DNA from: the human T2T-CHM13v2.0 reference genome, Homo sapiens
Reading direction: 5' to 3' (one strand)
Length of the DNA stretch: 64,000 bases
Assembly (NCBI RefSeq): GCF_009914755.1
Contig: NC_060937.1
Position numbers and translations under genes: made by a program. A model generated the notes under the pieces. The model searched no databases, had not been told where the DNA came from, and saw only the letters and a list, made by a program, of their open reading frames with translations. Shown here in pieces: positions 1 through 14,300 of this stretch (position 1 is the first letter of the stretch; each line of letters begins with the position of its first letter).

Positions 1-497
1 GAAATTATTTTTAACCTAGGACTCCCTTTCATTCTCTTCCTTCCATCACTAAGACGTGGTAGCATTAGTTTTTGTGGATATATCTTTACCATCCACCTCT
101 TCATTTCCATTACTGCAATCTGATTCCAGTTCTTCAATCTTGGAATTGTATATCCAATTTCTCCAGTGCATTTCTTCACTAACCTCCTTGTCATCATTCC
201 AATTTGTTGGCATTCTAATTTACCTTAAATATACCTGTAGATCAATATTCCTCCCAGATTGGAATGCTGTAGCTCTCAGTTTTTGCTATCAGATTTAGAG
301 TTTATCTATGTCATAGTGAATTCATTCATGTTTTCATTCTTAAAACTTTATCCTCTTTCTTTTTTTTCCTTTTTTTTTGTACTTCTTAAGATGAAATGCT
401 GACTCCCAATACCATTTTAGGTCACAAAACTCTTTAAAAAGATATTGAGTCTGTGGGCATGCTTCCGCTTCCATTTCCCCTAAAATAAGCATCAGAC

Positions 498-799
498 TTT
501 TTTTTTTTTTTTTGAGACGGAGTCTTGCCCTGTCGCCCAGGCTGGAGTGTAATGCGTGATCTCGGCTCGCTGCAACCTCTGCCTCCTGGGTTCAAATGAT
601 TCGCCTGCCTCAGCCTCCCCTCCCGAGTAGCTGAGATTACAGGTGCCCACCATCACACCTAGCTAATTTTTTTGTATTTTTAGCAGGGACGGGGTTTCAC
701 CATGTTGGCCACGCTGGTCTCAAACTCCTGACCTCGTGATCCACCCATCTCGGCCTCCCAAAGTGCTGGGATTACAGGCGTGAGCCACCGCGCCCGGCC
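498..799 (-). mobile_element. Alu SINE, full length (AluS, Sg/Sc-like)
   Basis: PolyT followed by the reverse complement of both Alu arms, ending gagccaccgcgcccggcc. The gacctcgtgatcc variant suggests Sg/Sc/Y-type. Confidence 0.95.
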
Positions 800-2399
800 A
801 GCATTATGCTTTTGACTGTGCATACTATAATGCTCTGATCGTTGGTATATATGGGAAGCCTGTAGTTATAAATGTATTAAAGATAGCAACTTTTATGACT
901 TTACGGTCTTTTTTCTCATTTAATCAAACAATTTTTTGAACTGTTTTCTGATATTTACACACTTCTACCTCATTTTTTTTTACTGATATCACTTGCCTAG
1001 TATGTATTTCTTCACCTATTTATTTTTCACTTTTGACTCATTTACAACGTAAGAGAATTGTCTACTGATATTTTTCAGGACTACAGATTTTCAGGACGTT
1101 ATTTTATGTTTGCTGATAATTTTAGAGAGGAAGTATAACATTAATCTAAATTTTCTCTTTGTGGATAAGTAATTTCTGAAGCATTTGATCACAATGATGG
1201 TGAAATATTTTTCTTTTTATTGGTTTTCAAATCCAAAGTTTTTATCAGGCTATATGTAGATGTTGGCTAAGTTTTATTAATTGTTTTGGTACATGATAAC
1301 TTATTTTCATCTGAAGATTTGGATTGTTTTTAATCTAAAAGAAAAAAAGAATCTTATCTCACTTTAAAACATGGCTGTGTTCCATGCACTGTGATCCCCT
1401 CTGTCAGGAAAAACATTTATTGGTGTGTCTCTGTTGGCTGTCTTCCATCTATATCATTCTCTCTCCAAACAACATCCTCTTTTCATCTCTTTTCTTTGCA
1501 TAATTGGAAATAATTCTCACTCTTGATCTCTTCATAAATGATTCTCTTGGCTTCAGTGTTCTGGTCTATCCTACTTCTAATTCTTCCACTCCTGCTGCGG
1601 AGGCCTACCCCTGCCCCCACCCTGGACCTGTGGGGTCAGTCCCTGTCTTCAGAACATATTCTGGTATGGCTGCCTTGCCCTGGGATCTCATGGAGAAACA
1701 AGCAATTCTGTTTTACAAAAGCCTGCTTCCAACTTTCAACTTCGCTCCTTCATACTAAGGGGCTCTTCCAGGGTCTCTCTTCCGTATTTTTTGTACACTG
1801 ATCTTAGAAAGGAAATTGTGAACTGAACTTTAGCTTTTCCTATCAGTCCTGTTCCATCTATACTGAATCTACCAGAAAAGCCTTGGATTCTGCAGCCTAG
1901 GAAAGAAAGATCCTCTTCTTCCTTTACCTGTGGGGGTACAGATTTCTCACTATGTAAGCCCTTTTGATCATTTACTTGAAGTCTGAGTAGGAAAGCAAAA
2001 AGCAGAATTAGACTCCTGAATACAACAGCCAATTTTCTAAAGGAACTTGCATTGATTTTTTTCTTTTTCCAGCTTTGAACTTTTATAGTATTCCTATTTT
2101 GGCTTTACTCTAAGAGGTATATTTTAGCATCTGGTTTTCAGGTGATTTTTGTAAAGGTCAAGTTTTTATATAGCACAAAGGTCAAACATCCAAATTATTA
2201 TGTTACCTTCTTTTATTTCTGTAAAAGAGGGAATGTGATCCACCAACACTTTTTGTAAAAGGGTAGATTTACCTCAAAAGCAGATTAAGCAATTTATTCA
2301 AAATTATAATCTGAATTCTTTAGGAAATCAATTTAAAGACATACAATATATCTCTATAATAATTCAGATACTTCTTTTTTCAAAGACATAATTACTGGA

Positions 2400-2760
2400 A
2401 ATTTATCATAAATAAATTATAATCTGAATTTTTCAGGAAACCAATTTGAAGATATGGAAAAATAGGTGACAGATATGGACATATTTGGATATTTATACTG
2501 AAAAACATAAAATAGAAATAAATCTCTACATTATAACTATCAGGACACTGTTTATAATGATGAAAAACTGGAAACAGCAAATGTCCAATGATAGAGGTAT
2601 GGTTAAATATATGAGGCTGTATTTACTGGGTATGGTGTTATACAGCCATTTACAATTTTTAAGTAAGAAAATTATATAGAAATATTTTAAATATTTATAA
2701 TAAATATTCAGTGGAAAAAACAGTATAAAAGTTGTCCAATGCCACGATGACAACTACCTG
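2400..2760 (+). mobile_element. Ancient L1 (L1M/L1ME-like) 3' fragment
   Basis: aaaaactggaaacagcaaatgtccaatgatagaggtatggttaaata resembles the conserved L1 3' end motif; highly diverged, boundaries approximate. Confidence 0.5.
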
Positions 2761-3034
2761 AAGTCAAGCCCTTAAAAAGACTACAAAAAACACACAGATA
2801 TTGTGGTCATCTGTCTTCGGTTATTAAAACTAGCTGTTTACTCTTTTTTCTCTATCATTCTATCATCTCTATCAACTTTGGTTACTTTAAAATTCAAAAA
2901 ATCAATTAAAAAAATTTAAGCATTTGCATAGAGTTTGAAGGTATGAAAATCTGTGCTGGTCCTTGAGACAGGCGAGAATTGTATAACATGAGTGAAGCTC
3001 TAAAATGTTGATAACATTTTGGGGCAGGGGCATT

Positions 3035-3446
<412 letters not shown>

Positions 3447-4359
3447 TGAAGGATTCTTAGGCTCTCAGTTTATCTCTTTTTCTCACTCACCACCCAGCTT
3501 CTGGCCCAGTGCTTAGCTTATCTTAGGATATAGAGGTGTAGATGTGAATTTTCATTCACAAACTTGAAATCCACATGTGACTCTGACCTGGGATAAATTT
3601 ATACAGCTATGGAAATTCTGAAATTATCTGAACATCATCGATAAATGATAAAACAAATGTGTACATTTGTGTATACACATACATGCACACACAAAGCATG
3701 CCGGAATGATAAAAAAAATCACCTGGAAACCATTTCAAAGAAATGCCATACCCAAGAAGAAGAAAATGCTACTCAAATCTTCAGTTCACTAAATTGCAAC
3801 TAAATGACACTATTTTGAGTAGACTTTTTTAAAGTACATTTTTTAAGTACATTTCTCCTTTGAATATCTTGCAAGTCCTATCCAAAGTTATAAGTGTACA
3901 ACCACTATTTTATAAGACATGCTTTCTCCTAGAGTTCTGTAGAGATTTTAGCATAGTCCTTATCAGTGACGGCACATTTATTCTGCAAACAGATTATGTC
4001 TTCTATGAACACAGAAGAGGATCCAACTGAACCTTTTCACTTTTTAAGTTTTTCTCCAAAGCTGGATTTTGTCTTCACACTGTCTGGTTTTAGCAGTGGC
4101 TAGGTCAAAGTATACTACAGAAGAACGAAAAATCGACTCTAGAAAAGCACGCAGAATGAAAGCCAACCAGTTAGGGAGTAAATGTTTCTCGTTGCAGATG
4201 TTTGGGAAGCCATGATTTTTATTTAGAACTGTGGAAACCTTATCTTTGAATTTAAAAAGCCAGTCCTGAGATGCATCTGCCTCAGGGGTAACTACCATAG
4301 TGAAACCGCTCCTCTCCCAGGCCATATCAAATCACAGTTGTAGTTATGAACATACAAAT

Positions 4360-4364
<5 letters not shown>

Positions 4365-4400
<36 letters not shown>
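4365..4400. repeat. (AT)n microsatellite, about 18 units
   Basis: Directly visible. Confidence 0.97.
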
Positions 4401-4405
<5 letters not shown>

Positions 4406-4939
4406 CACATATATATTTCAAAATCGCCACCTGTTAATTTTTGATCCCCTATTAGAGGTGTTATCCACCAACTACTAACACGAAGGTCACTGGTCCTCAA
4501 CCCACATTTCACCACCAGGGCAGTCGGGCCTAGCTGATGACCACACGAACACCAGATTAAGAGTAAAACCTTCTGAGGCCTGAAAGTGAGCGTGTATTCA
4601 CACATCCTTAATAATACAGTGTCTGAAAAATTGTACCTGAAACTGAAAGATTTATTCTAAGGTATTTCAAGCACTAAGGGTCTGAGTTCAGCATTCTCAC
4701 ACCATCCTGAAAGAGGAACATTAAGTCAGCAAAATGACTGCGATCTGGGCCCCCAGAGGGATCCCAGCCAGGCCATCCTTGCTGGTGTCTTAAAGATTCA
4801 GTGACAAAATGGTGTTGCTTGGCAGGACACTGTTTTGCGTTCGGTGTAGCCACCCTAATGACGGCTGCTTAACAAGGCCAATGAATATCATAAGGGACAT
4901 TTAGCAAGGAGCAATCCACAGGAGCATGGGGGTGGGGCA

Positions 4940-6085
4940 AGGCCGCGGAGCCCCCGCGGAGACCTGCTGGAGCCAGGCTGCCCACCCCCACCTCCCCACC
5001 CGCGCGTTGGCCCAGAGGTTTACCCAGGCAGCGGCCCTGGTGCCGAGGGGGCAGGTGCAGCGCTGTAGTGATGCCCAGTGGCCTCGTCCTCAGCCACCTG
5101 CCCCCCAACACCTGCTAGATGCCCAGGCGGGGCAGGCCCGAGGTGTCGCCGGCCCTGGGCTTCCCAAGCCAGCCCAGGGGCATCCCGCGGCAGGCGCCCC
5201 CGACACCCACGCGCAGGAATAGGGAGGGCGCATCGCGGCTCCCGCGCCCCGGCCAGGCCGGCAAGGACCCCACCGCCCCGCTCTCGGGTGGAGGCGCCCC
5301 TCCCCACCCCTCCCCCGCGCGGGGCCCCCGCCCGCAGCCCCTCTAGCAGCCCCTCTCGCAGCCCCAGCGCCCCTGAGCCGTCCTGGCCCGGACCTGCCAA
5401 GGAACTAACGAGCGCGCATCGCGGGCCTCGGGCGCAGGGCACGGAGCCGGCCGCGCCGCAGCCTCCCGGGCACCGGCGGCGGTGACCAACCTGTAACCCC
5501 AGCGCTCAGAGCTGTCATGGTGCCCGCGGGCGGCGGCGGCGGCGACAGTGGGCGACCGGCAGGATCAGTGCCAGGCGCGGCGCCCAGGGCGGGCGGGGAC
5601 GCGGGCCCCTCACCTACGGCGGCTCAGCTCAGGCAGCGCGCTCGGCCCGGCTGGGGCCGCGGCTCACGCTCGCCGTGTCACTCACTGAGCGCCGCCGCCG
5701 CCGGGCAGGCTGGGGGAGGGGTGGGAGCCGGAGTTTTCGGGCCTTTAAAAAATTATTATTTTATTTAAATTTTTAAAGTTAGCTTTGCTACAGGGACTGC
5801 AGTGATGCCGAAGGGCGGGCACCGCAGAGGAGGCTGCGCCGCAGTTGGTGGGGAGCGCCAGGGTCGGTACTGGCAGTTCCTTCTTGCCGGCTGCCACCCG
5901 CCGTCAGTCTCACAGCAACAGCTAGGCTCTCATCTGCGAGCTCCTCTCGGGGGTCTTTCGTACTCAACAGCACGGCGGCGGTGTGCACGGGAGTCCGCCG
6001 GGCACACGCGGGGTACACTTAAGTGCACTGCCAGGAGGCCGGGAGCCCAGCGTGCGAGCGTGAGGTCAGACTGTGCACGGTACCG
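4940..6085. promoter_or_regulatory. NALCN: CpG-island promoter (NALCN by gene order)
   Basis: About 1.1 kb of very high GC and CpG density with many GC boxes (gggcgggc, gggcgggg). It lies about 36 kb upstream of and divergent from ITGBL1, matching the known NALCN-ITGBL1 arrangement. Confidence 0.88.
5614..5800 (-). other. NALCN: Non-coding first exon (5' UTR) of the minus-strand gene; 5' end approximate
   Basis: The minus strand reads ...gagctgagccgccgtag|GTGAGG, a good U2 donor with the intron starting at 5613, inside the CpG island. No NALCN coding sequence is in the window, so the name rests on synteny. Confidence 0.72.
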
Positions 6086-7450
6086 AGGACTAGTTCCATT
6101 CCTGAGTATGAAAGGGTGAAACCGTTCACCTCAAGTTTCACCCCGGAGTTATTAAATAATGAATGCATCAGTCACACTTATAGTTTTCTAAATAGGTTGA
6201 CGTTCGCCTTTAAAATTAAAATATGTTGTCGTGTGGATGAGACAAAGTCTATTCAGAAATTGACAGTCCCCCACCCCATACCCTGTGAGTATACCTGGAC
6301 AGCAGACTGCATCTGAGGCTTCCTAGGGCTCCCAGCAGAGCAGGTTTAGGGAAATCTGGCCTCCTAAGCACCATGCCCAGGGCGACATCCTCCCACTCAT
6401 TCCCACTCTCTGAAAGGTTTACTTTGGGTCTGGAATCTTGCCATGTAGTCAGATACGAAAATCCCCAGGGAACTCCTGACTAGTGATTTAGACATCATGC
6501 ACACAGGCATATAAATAAAGGGAAAGAAACAACTGAATGAAGCTTTCTCTACAAGAGAAATTCTAAACAAAGAGCATTTGTCTATCACAAAATGTTATGT
6601 GGCAAGGTATAGAAGTAAAACTACACAAACCTACATTTTAAAAATGTATTTTCTGGTTACAGATATTTAATTAATCTACTTTCTTAAAAAGTCCATTCAC
6701 AATTTGTTCACATTCATAATCCATATTAGTACGTTTTATTGTTTACAGGGAAATGTTAAAATATTGGTATTTCATGAAATACAGAGTCATGCGAGATAAT
6801 TTTTCAAATTTCTAAAGACTTCAGAAAAACTGTGTCAAAAGCCAGGTTTTAAACAAATGATGAAATCACTCCTCATAAGAAAAAATTGACAGTAATTTAA
6901 ACAATGCTAAATCTACAACCAGTTTGCTTAGAAAAAGTATTTACCAACTTGTTTCATCATCTTTATTTGCGGCTTTCAATTGCTTGATCTAAATACTAGT
7001 TTATTTCACAAACTGAAATATATAGCTATATATATATGGTAGCTGAATGATAGTGTGTTATTCCTTGACATTCGTTCGAATTATCTGTTAGTAAATTATA
7101 TTAAGGAAATATTTAAACATTTATTTATAATGTTTTGAAGTGGTCAAGGCAGTGATTTTTTACTAATCTCAGTGCCACTCCTCACCCAACAGGCATTTCA
7201 GACCTTTCTCTGTCCTTGGTTGAACTACCTCTGTTAAGTCTCTATAATTCATGCTCATGAGCCAAACAATCCCAATGATGATGGAGACAGTCTCAGAGAA
7301 TTCATGGGCTTCAAGGAAGTCATGGAATCCAGCACACTCATCCTATAATGCATAGGGATTCACTGTGTATTGGAGTAGACAATCATTTTAAAAAACAGGT
7401 ACATCCAAAATATCATAGTACCCCTTCTACCTGCTCAGTATCTCTCTTCT

Positions 7451-7541
7451 TTTGTTTTCTTTGTTATTTTTAGAGACAAGGCCTATCTCCGTTGCCTAGC
7501 CTGGAGTGCATTGATGTGATTATAGCTCACTGCATCCTCAA
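7451..7541 (-). mobile_element. Alu/FRAM 3' fragment (old, J-like)
   Basis: T-rich tail followed by agagacaagg...ctggagtgca...tagctcactgcatcctcaa. Confidence 0.8.
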
Positions 7542-7733
7542 AGCAAAAGTAGAAAGGATGAACAAATATCTTTTCCAGGTTGAATTGGCCCTGTAACTAC
7601 ATTCATTGCTGGAATCCAGTAAAAGTCAATTGCTGGCCTGTGGGTTCAATATAAACTGAGAATATAATTCAGGTGTGTTTTGTATGACTCAATGTATATT
7701 GTTGACAAATTAAGATCAATTACCAACATTTGA

Positions 7734-8064
<331 letters not shown>

Positions 8065-8411
8065 AGGAAGATCTGGCCAGGTCAGTTCTGCATTCCCAAG
8101 TGGTAGGGGGCCAATAGGGGCATCCTGTGCCTCCCATAGGTGGGCATATACTTCCCATTTGCCTCCATGTCCCCAGCCTGCTTCAATTCCTGGCCCTGGA
8201 AGGTGTTTGCATGTAGGAGCCTATACAATTAAATCTGTATTTGACGGTATGAGATTGGGGAAAGGATAATGTCAAACACAGAGAAAGCAGTCAATACAGA
8301 AAGTTTTACAATAAAGAGGATGAAGCCAAGCCAATGCACAACCAAGATAGTAGTAGCCTTTGGTTTAAATGAAATTGTGTTCATGGTCCTGCAAGTGCTT
8401 TGGAATGGATG

Positions 8412-8770
8412 TGATATCATTTGTCTGTGTCCCCATCCAAATCTCATCTTGAATTGTAGCTCCCACAATTCCCATGTGTTGTAGGAGGGACCTGGTGGGA
8501 GATAATTGAATCATGGGGGCAGTTTCCCCCATACTGTTCTTGTGGTAGTGAATAAGTCTCATGGGATCTGATGGTTTTATAAGGCCCTTTCTCTTGGTCT
8601 TCATTTTCTCTCGTCTGCTGCCGTGTAAGACGTGCTTTTCGCCTTCCACCATGACTGTGAGGCCTCCCCAGCCATGGGGAACCGTGAGTCCGTTAAATCT
8701 CTTTTTCTTTGTAAATCACCCAGTCTCCAGTATGTCTTTATCAGCAGGATGAGAACAGACTAATAATACA
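8412..8770 (+). mobile_element. THE1 (ERVL-MaLR) solo LTR
   Basis: Starts tgatat...tgtgtccccatccaaatctcatcttgaattgtagctccc and ends gaacagactaataataca. TG..CA termini with 5-bp flanks ggatg/ggaag. Confidence 0.93.
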
Positions 8771-9101
8771 GGAAGTAGCTATGAAATGCAAGACAGCAAG
8801 AATTTGATGAAAACAGGGTATTTGTTTTTCACTAACTCATTTGTTCCTACTGCTTATTTCCACCTTAATTAGTATTTCACTGGACACCATGGTGAGTTAC
8901 TGGGAAAACAATAGGCATGCTAAAAGAGAAATTTGAAAATCCATGGAGGGACTGTCCTGTGCTCTATGGAAATATAGACACTGAATCAATTGGAGAAGAA
9001 TTCTGCTCGAATATAATTATGTTTCATTTGATTTATGAGTAGATTATGCTTTAGTAACTACACAAGACTGTAATATTTTTGAGACTCTCATTAAGATTAG
9101 G

Positions 9102-9385
9102 TTTTTTTTTTTTTGAGATGGAGTCTCGCTCTGTCACCCAGGCTGGAGTGCAGTGGCGCAGTCTCGGCTCACTGCAAGCTCTGCCTCCCGGGTTCACGCC
9201 ATTCTCCTGCCTCAGCCTCTCCGAGTAGCTGGGACTACAGGCGCCCGCCACCACGCCCGGCTAATTTTTTTTTATTTTTAGTAGAGACAGGGTTTCACCG
9301 TGGTCTCGATCTCCTGACCTCATGATCCACCCGCCTCGGCCTCCCAAAGTGCTGGGATTACAAGCGTGAGCCACCGCGCCCGGCC
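9102..9385 (-). mobile_element. AluY-lineage element with 12-bp left-arm deletion (Yd/Yc-type)
   Basis: AluY diagnostics (gcaagctc, ttcacgccattc). The minus strand reads gagatcgagaccacggtgaaac. TSD taagattag at 9092-9100 and 9386-9394. Confidence 0.93.
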
Positions 9386-9811
9386 TAAGATTAGTTTTAA
9401 TCCGTATACACTTGTTTATGTTCTGTGATTTCAAGACCCACATGTCACCAAATATTGCTATGATGAACTTTTAGATGCTCTTTGGGCAGGGAAAATTAAG
9501 GTTTAGAATACACATCTAAAAATGTAAACAGGCTAACTAATAGGCATCTCCTGCTTGTTGCCTCACTAACATGGATTTACATGTACAGGCGTTCCTGGAA
9601 GACAGTGCAATTTGGTTTCAGACCAATGCAATAAAGTACATATCACAATGAGGCAAGTCACACAATTTTTTTTTATATTCCAATGCATATATAAGTTATG
9701 TATACACTGTACTGTATACTAAAATATATATATATCTTAACTTAAAAATACTTTATTGCCAAACAATGCAAATGATCATCTGAGCCTTCTGTGAGTCTGT
9801 GAGTCATAACC

Positions 9812-10165
<354 letters not shown>

Positions 10166-11019
10166 TGATCAGGCTGGTGCTTACTGAAGGCTGGAGTGGC
10201 TGTGGCAATTTCTTAAAAATAGACAAGCATGAAGTTTGCCACATTGGTTGACTCTTCCTTTCATGAGAGATTTTTCTGTAACATGCCATGCCATTCAATG
10301 GCTTTTTACCCACAATAGAACATTTATCAAAATTGCAGTCACTCCTCTCAAACTCTGCTACAGCTTTATCAATTAAGTTTATGTAATATTCTAAACCCTT
10401 TGTTGTCACTTCAACAATGTTCACAGAATCTTTACGAGGAGAAGATTCCATCTCAAGAAACCACTTTCTTTGCTCATCCATAAGAAGCAACTCATCCATT
10501 TAAGTTTTATCATGAGATTGTAGCAATTCGGTCACATCTTCAGGCTCTATTTCTAATTCTAGTTCTCTCACTATTTCCACTAAATCTGCAGTTACTTCCT
10601 CCACTGAAGTTTTGAACCCCTCAAAGTCATCCATGGGGGTTGGAATCAAGTTTATCCAAGCCCCTGTTAAAGCTGATATTTTTATATTCTTCCATGAATC
10701 AGGAATGTACTTAACAGCATCTGGAATGGTGAATCCTTTCCAGAGGGTTTTCAATTTACTTAGTCCAGATCCACCAGAAGAATAGCTATCTATAGCAGCT
10801 ATAGCCTTACAAAATGTATTTCTTAATAAGACTTGAGAGTTAAAATGGCTGCATAATAAATGTGTTAGCAGGCATGAAAATAACATTCATCCCCTCTCCA
10901 GCAGAGCTCATGGATAACTAGGTACATTGTCAACGAGCAGTAATAGTTGGAAAAGAATCTTTTTTTTTTTTTTCTGAGCAGTAGGACTCAACAGTGGGCT
11001 TAAAATATCCAGTAAACCA

Positions 11020-11346
<327 letters not shown>

Positions 11347-14300
11347 CTAGACTTTGTTGTGCTATTTCTAGAGCACAGGGGGAGTAGATCTAGCATAATT
11401 CTTAAGGGCTCTAGGAGTTTGGGAATGGTGAATGAGCAATGGCTTCTACTTAGTCACCAGCTGCATTAGCCCCTCACAACAGAGTTAGCCTGTCCTTTGA
11501 TCTTTGAAGCCAGACACTGGCTTCTTCCCTCTAGCTATAAAAGTCCTAGATGGCATCCTCTTCCAATAGCAGGTTGTTTTGTCTACATTGAAAATCTGTC
11601 ATTGAGTATAGCCACCTTCATTAGTTATCTTAGTGAGAACTTCTGGATAACTTGCTGCAGCTTCTGCATCAGCTGCTTCACCTCATATTTTTATGTTACG
11701 GAGCCAGCTTCTTTTTCTTAGACCTCATGAATCAGTCTTTGCCAGCTTCATATTTTTCTTTTGCAGCTTCCTGACCTCTCTCAGACTTCATAGAACTGAA
11801 GAGAGTTAAGGCCTTGCTCTGGATCAGGCTTTGGCTTCAGGGAATGTAGTGGCTGGTTTCATGTTCTATCCAGATTACTACAACTTTCTCCATATCAGCA
11901 AAAAGGCTGTTTTGCTTTCTTATTACTCGTGTGTTCACTGGAGTAGTACTTTTAGTTTCCTTCAAGAACTATTCTTTTGCATTCACAACTTGGCTAACTG
12001 TTTGGGGCAAGAGGCCTAGCTTTTGATCTATCTCAGCTTTTGACGTGCCTTTCTCACTAAACTTAATCATTTCTAAGTTTTGATTTAAAGAGAGAGATTT
12101 GGAACTCTTCCTTTCACTTGAACACTTAGAGGCAATTGTAGGGTTATTAATTGACATAATTTCAATATTGCCATGTTTCAGGGAATAGAGAGGTCCATGG
12201 AAAGGGAGAAAGAAGGAGGAACAGCCAGTTGGTAGAGCAGTCAGAACACATACAACATTTACTGATTAGGTTCTCTACCATGGACATGGTTCATGATGCT
12301 CCAAAACAATTACAATAGTAACATCAAAGATCACTGATTACATATTGCCATCACAGATACGATAATAATGGAAAAGTCTTAAATATTGAGAATTACCAAA
12401 ATGTGACACAGAGATACAAAATGAGCACATGCAGTTGGGGAAGCAGCCCCGATAGACTTGCTTGAGGCAGGGTTGCCACAAACATTCAATCTGTAAAAAC
12501 AAAATACAATATCTGCAAAGCACAATAAAATGAGATGTGCCTGTACAGAATTCAGCCTTGGCAGAATAGATGCATTTTGATAATGGAGTGCATTGGGAAA
12601 TTTAAGGCAGTTTGCCTCCCAGATCGCCCAGCAGGAAACACGATGTGGAGTGTCTCTGGGGAAAGGAAAGAGATAACAGAAGAGATGTCGCTAAGTTTTG
12701 TAGCCCCAAAGACCAATCTCACTTTGCGTAGCTCTGTCTTGGATCTTGAGGGAAGTAACAAGTGTGATAAGATTCTATTGAGGAAAGAACTGCTGGGTTG
12801 GTGGTCTTCACTTGCCAGTGATATTCTAGATGAAAAACTTGAATAAGTCTTCTTCTCGTAAGTCAGCATCTCTAAGCAACCACAAAACATTTATTCATAA
12901 TTAAATATTTCAAGCTATTGAAAGACACCGCGCATCATAGCTTTTCCTTAAGGCGATGTTCCTCAAACTTCTCTGATAATAAGGATTACCTGGACCATCT
13001 TAACTATTTCCAGAGAGGTTCTCATTAAGTATCTCTGGAGTAGGAAAGGCAACTGTGGAGAATTCCTCTTTATAAAACAGACATCCTTTCCTAACAGGCC
13101 AGAGTGGACTTGCCTACTTTCCTCCCTGTCCTGCGAGTCTGTGTGCTTCAACCACCATCTGGACCAGTTCTGCAACACCTATAGACCCTGCACTTACATT
13201 GTAGCTGTGTTATCTGAAGCACTAAAAACAGGTGAGCGCAAGTAGGTGGTAAAAATCCATCTGCTGAGTCAGAGTGGAGGTCTTTGAAAGGTTGGCATAT
13301 GGCCTTTAATTGTGTCATTGAAATCAGCTGTGGATGGGAGACAGCCTTAGTATACCCATCAACAGAAAATAAGGGTAAGTTCATAGAAAGATGCTATTAA
13401 ACCTCAAAGAGACAGAAGCTGTGATGTTTATACTGGGCAGAAATATCTTTGGGCAAGGAATGCAATTGATTTTTCTTATGGAAAAAATAACTGCCTAATG
13501 ACATCGGAGAGGTGACGGACACACTGTACTTGGAAAATCCTATGGTGGAGAAGTAGGTGTGATATTCACACTGTGCGTACTTTACAGATTAATCAAAAAT
13601 ATTTTCTACATCACCGTTTTGTTGTACTTTAGAATTATATTTTCAGAGGAAACTAGGTTTTAGAGAAAAAAAAACAAAAGGAAGCCTGTGAAATCAGGAG
13701 TAAACAGTAATGCCAATTAAGCACTCGTGCTGGGAGCAAAACAGAGGCCTCATTGTGTTGAGCCACAGCTGAGCCAATCGCCCAAAGGAACTGGTGGACT
13801 TCTAAAAACAAAGGTCAAGTTTCAAGTGAATCACTCAGCAACAAAATGAAGAATATTTTGACCATTTAATAAAGGCTGCTACAAGATAGGAGTAAAGCTT
13901 TGGTTCCAAAACTAACCATGAAGAACTCATTTATTGCATAAAATATCTTAGCAAATACATGATAACCAGGGGCTCAGACCCTTCAGGATTGATGGGCTGG
14001 GTCACTCCATGAGACACGAGCTGAGAGGGAGAGGGATCCAAATAAGAGAGGGGATGAGCATCATTTACTGAGTTCGGGCCAGCTGTAGCAGCACTGGCTG
14101 TTGTTCATTTCAGTAATTCTCCTCTTATACATTGCCCAGAAATCAGGACCAACAAAGATCCTGGACAAATTGTCCCTGGATGGAAAAAACTTAAAGAGAG
14201 AAGCAAGTAGATCTGAGTAGCCTGAGAAGCAAGAGCTAGACAGTGCTGGATACTACTGGCACCACACCCAGATCCTAACAGGCCAGTGCAATTATCACCC

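Noticed and set aside
5511-5523. REST/RE1-like sequence gctgtcatggtgc in a neuronal gene promoter
   Set aside because: The half-site spacing is one base short of the canonical RE1 and the CTGAA end is missing; too weak without ChIP data.
4869-6119. Many overlapping Pro/Arg/Gly/Ala-rich ORFs on both strands
   Set aside because: Expected by-product of a stop-poor CpG island; no recognisable domain or consistent exon structure.
6276-6300. Minus-strand donor-like sites (AGG|GTATGG, CAG|GTATAC) upstream of the island
   Set aside because: They could belong to a further upstream first exon, but they are weak matches and cannot be supported from sequence alone.
12535-12890. Overlapping 103-aa and 112-aa ORFs on opposite strands next to Tigger1
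   Set aside because: No recognisable protein similarity, no polyA/TSD of a retrocopy, and lengths compatible with chance.
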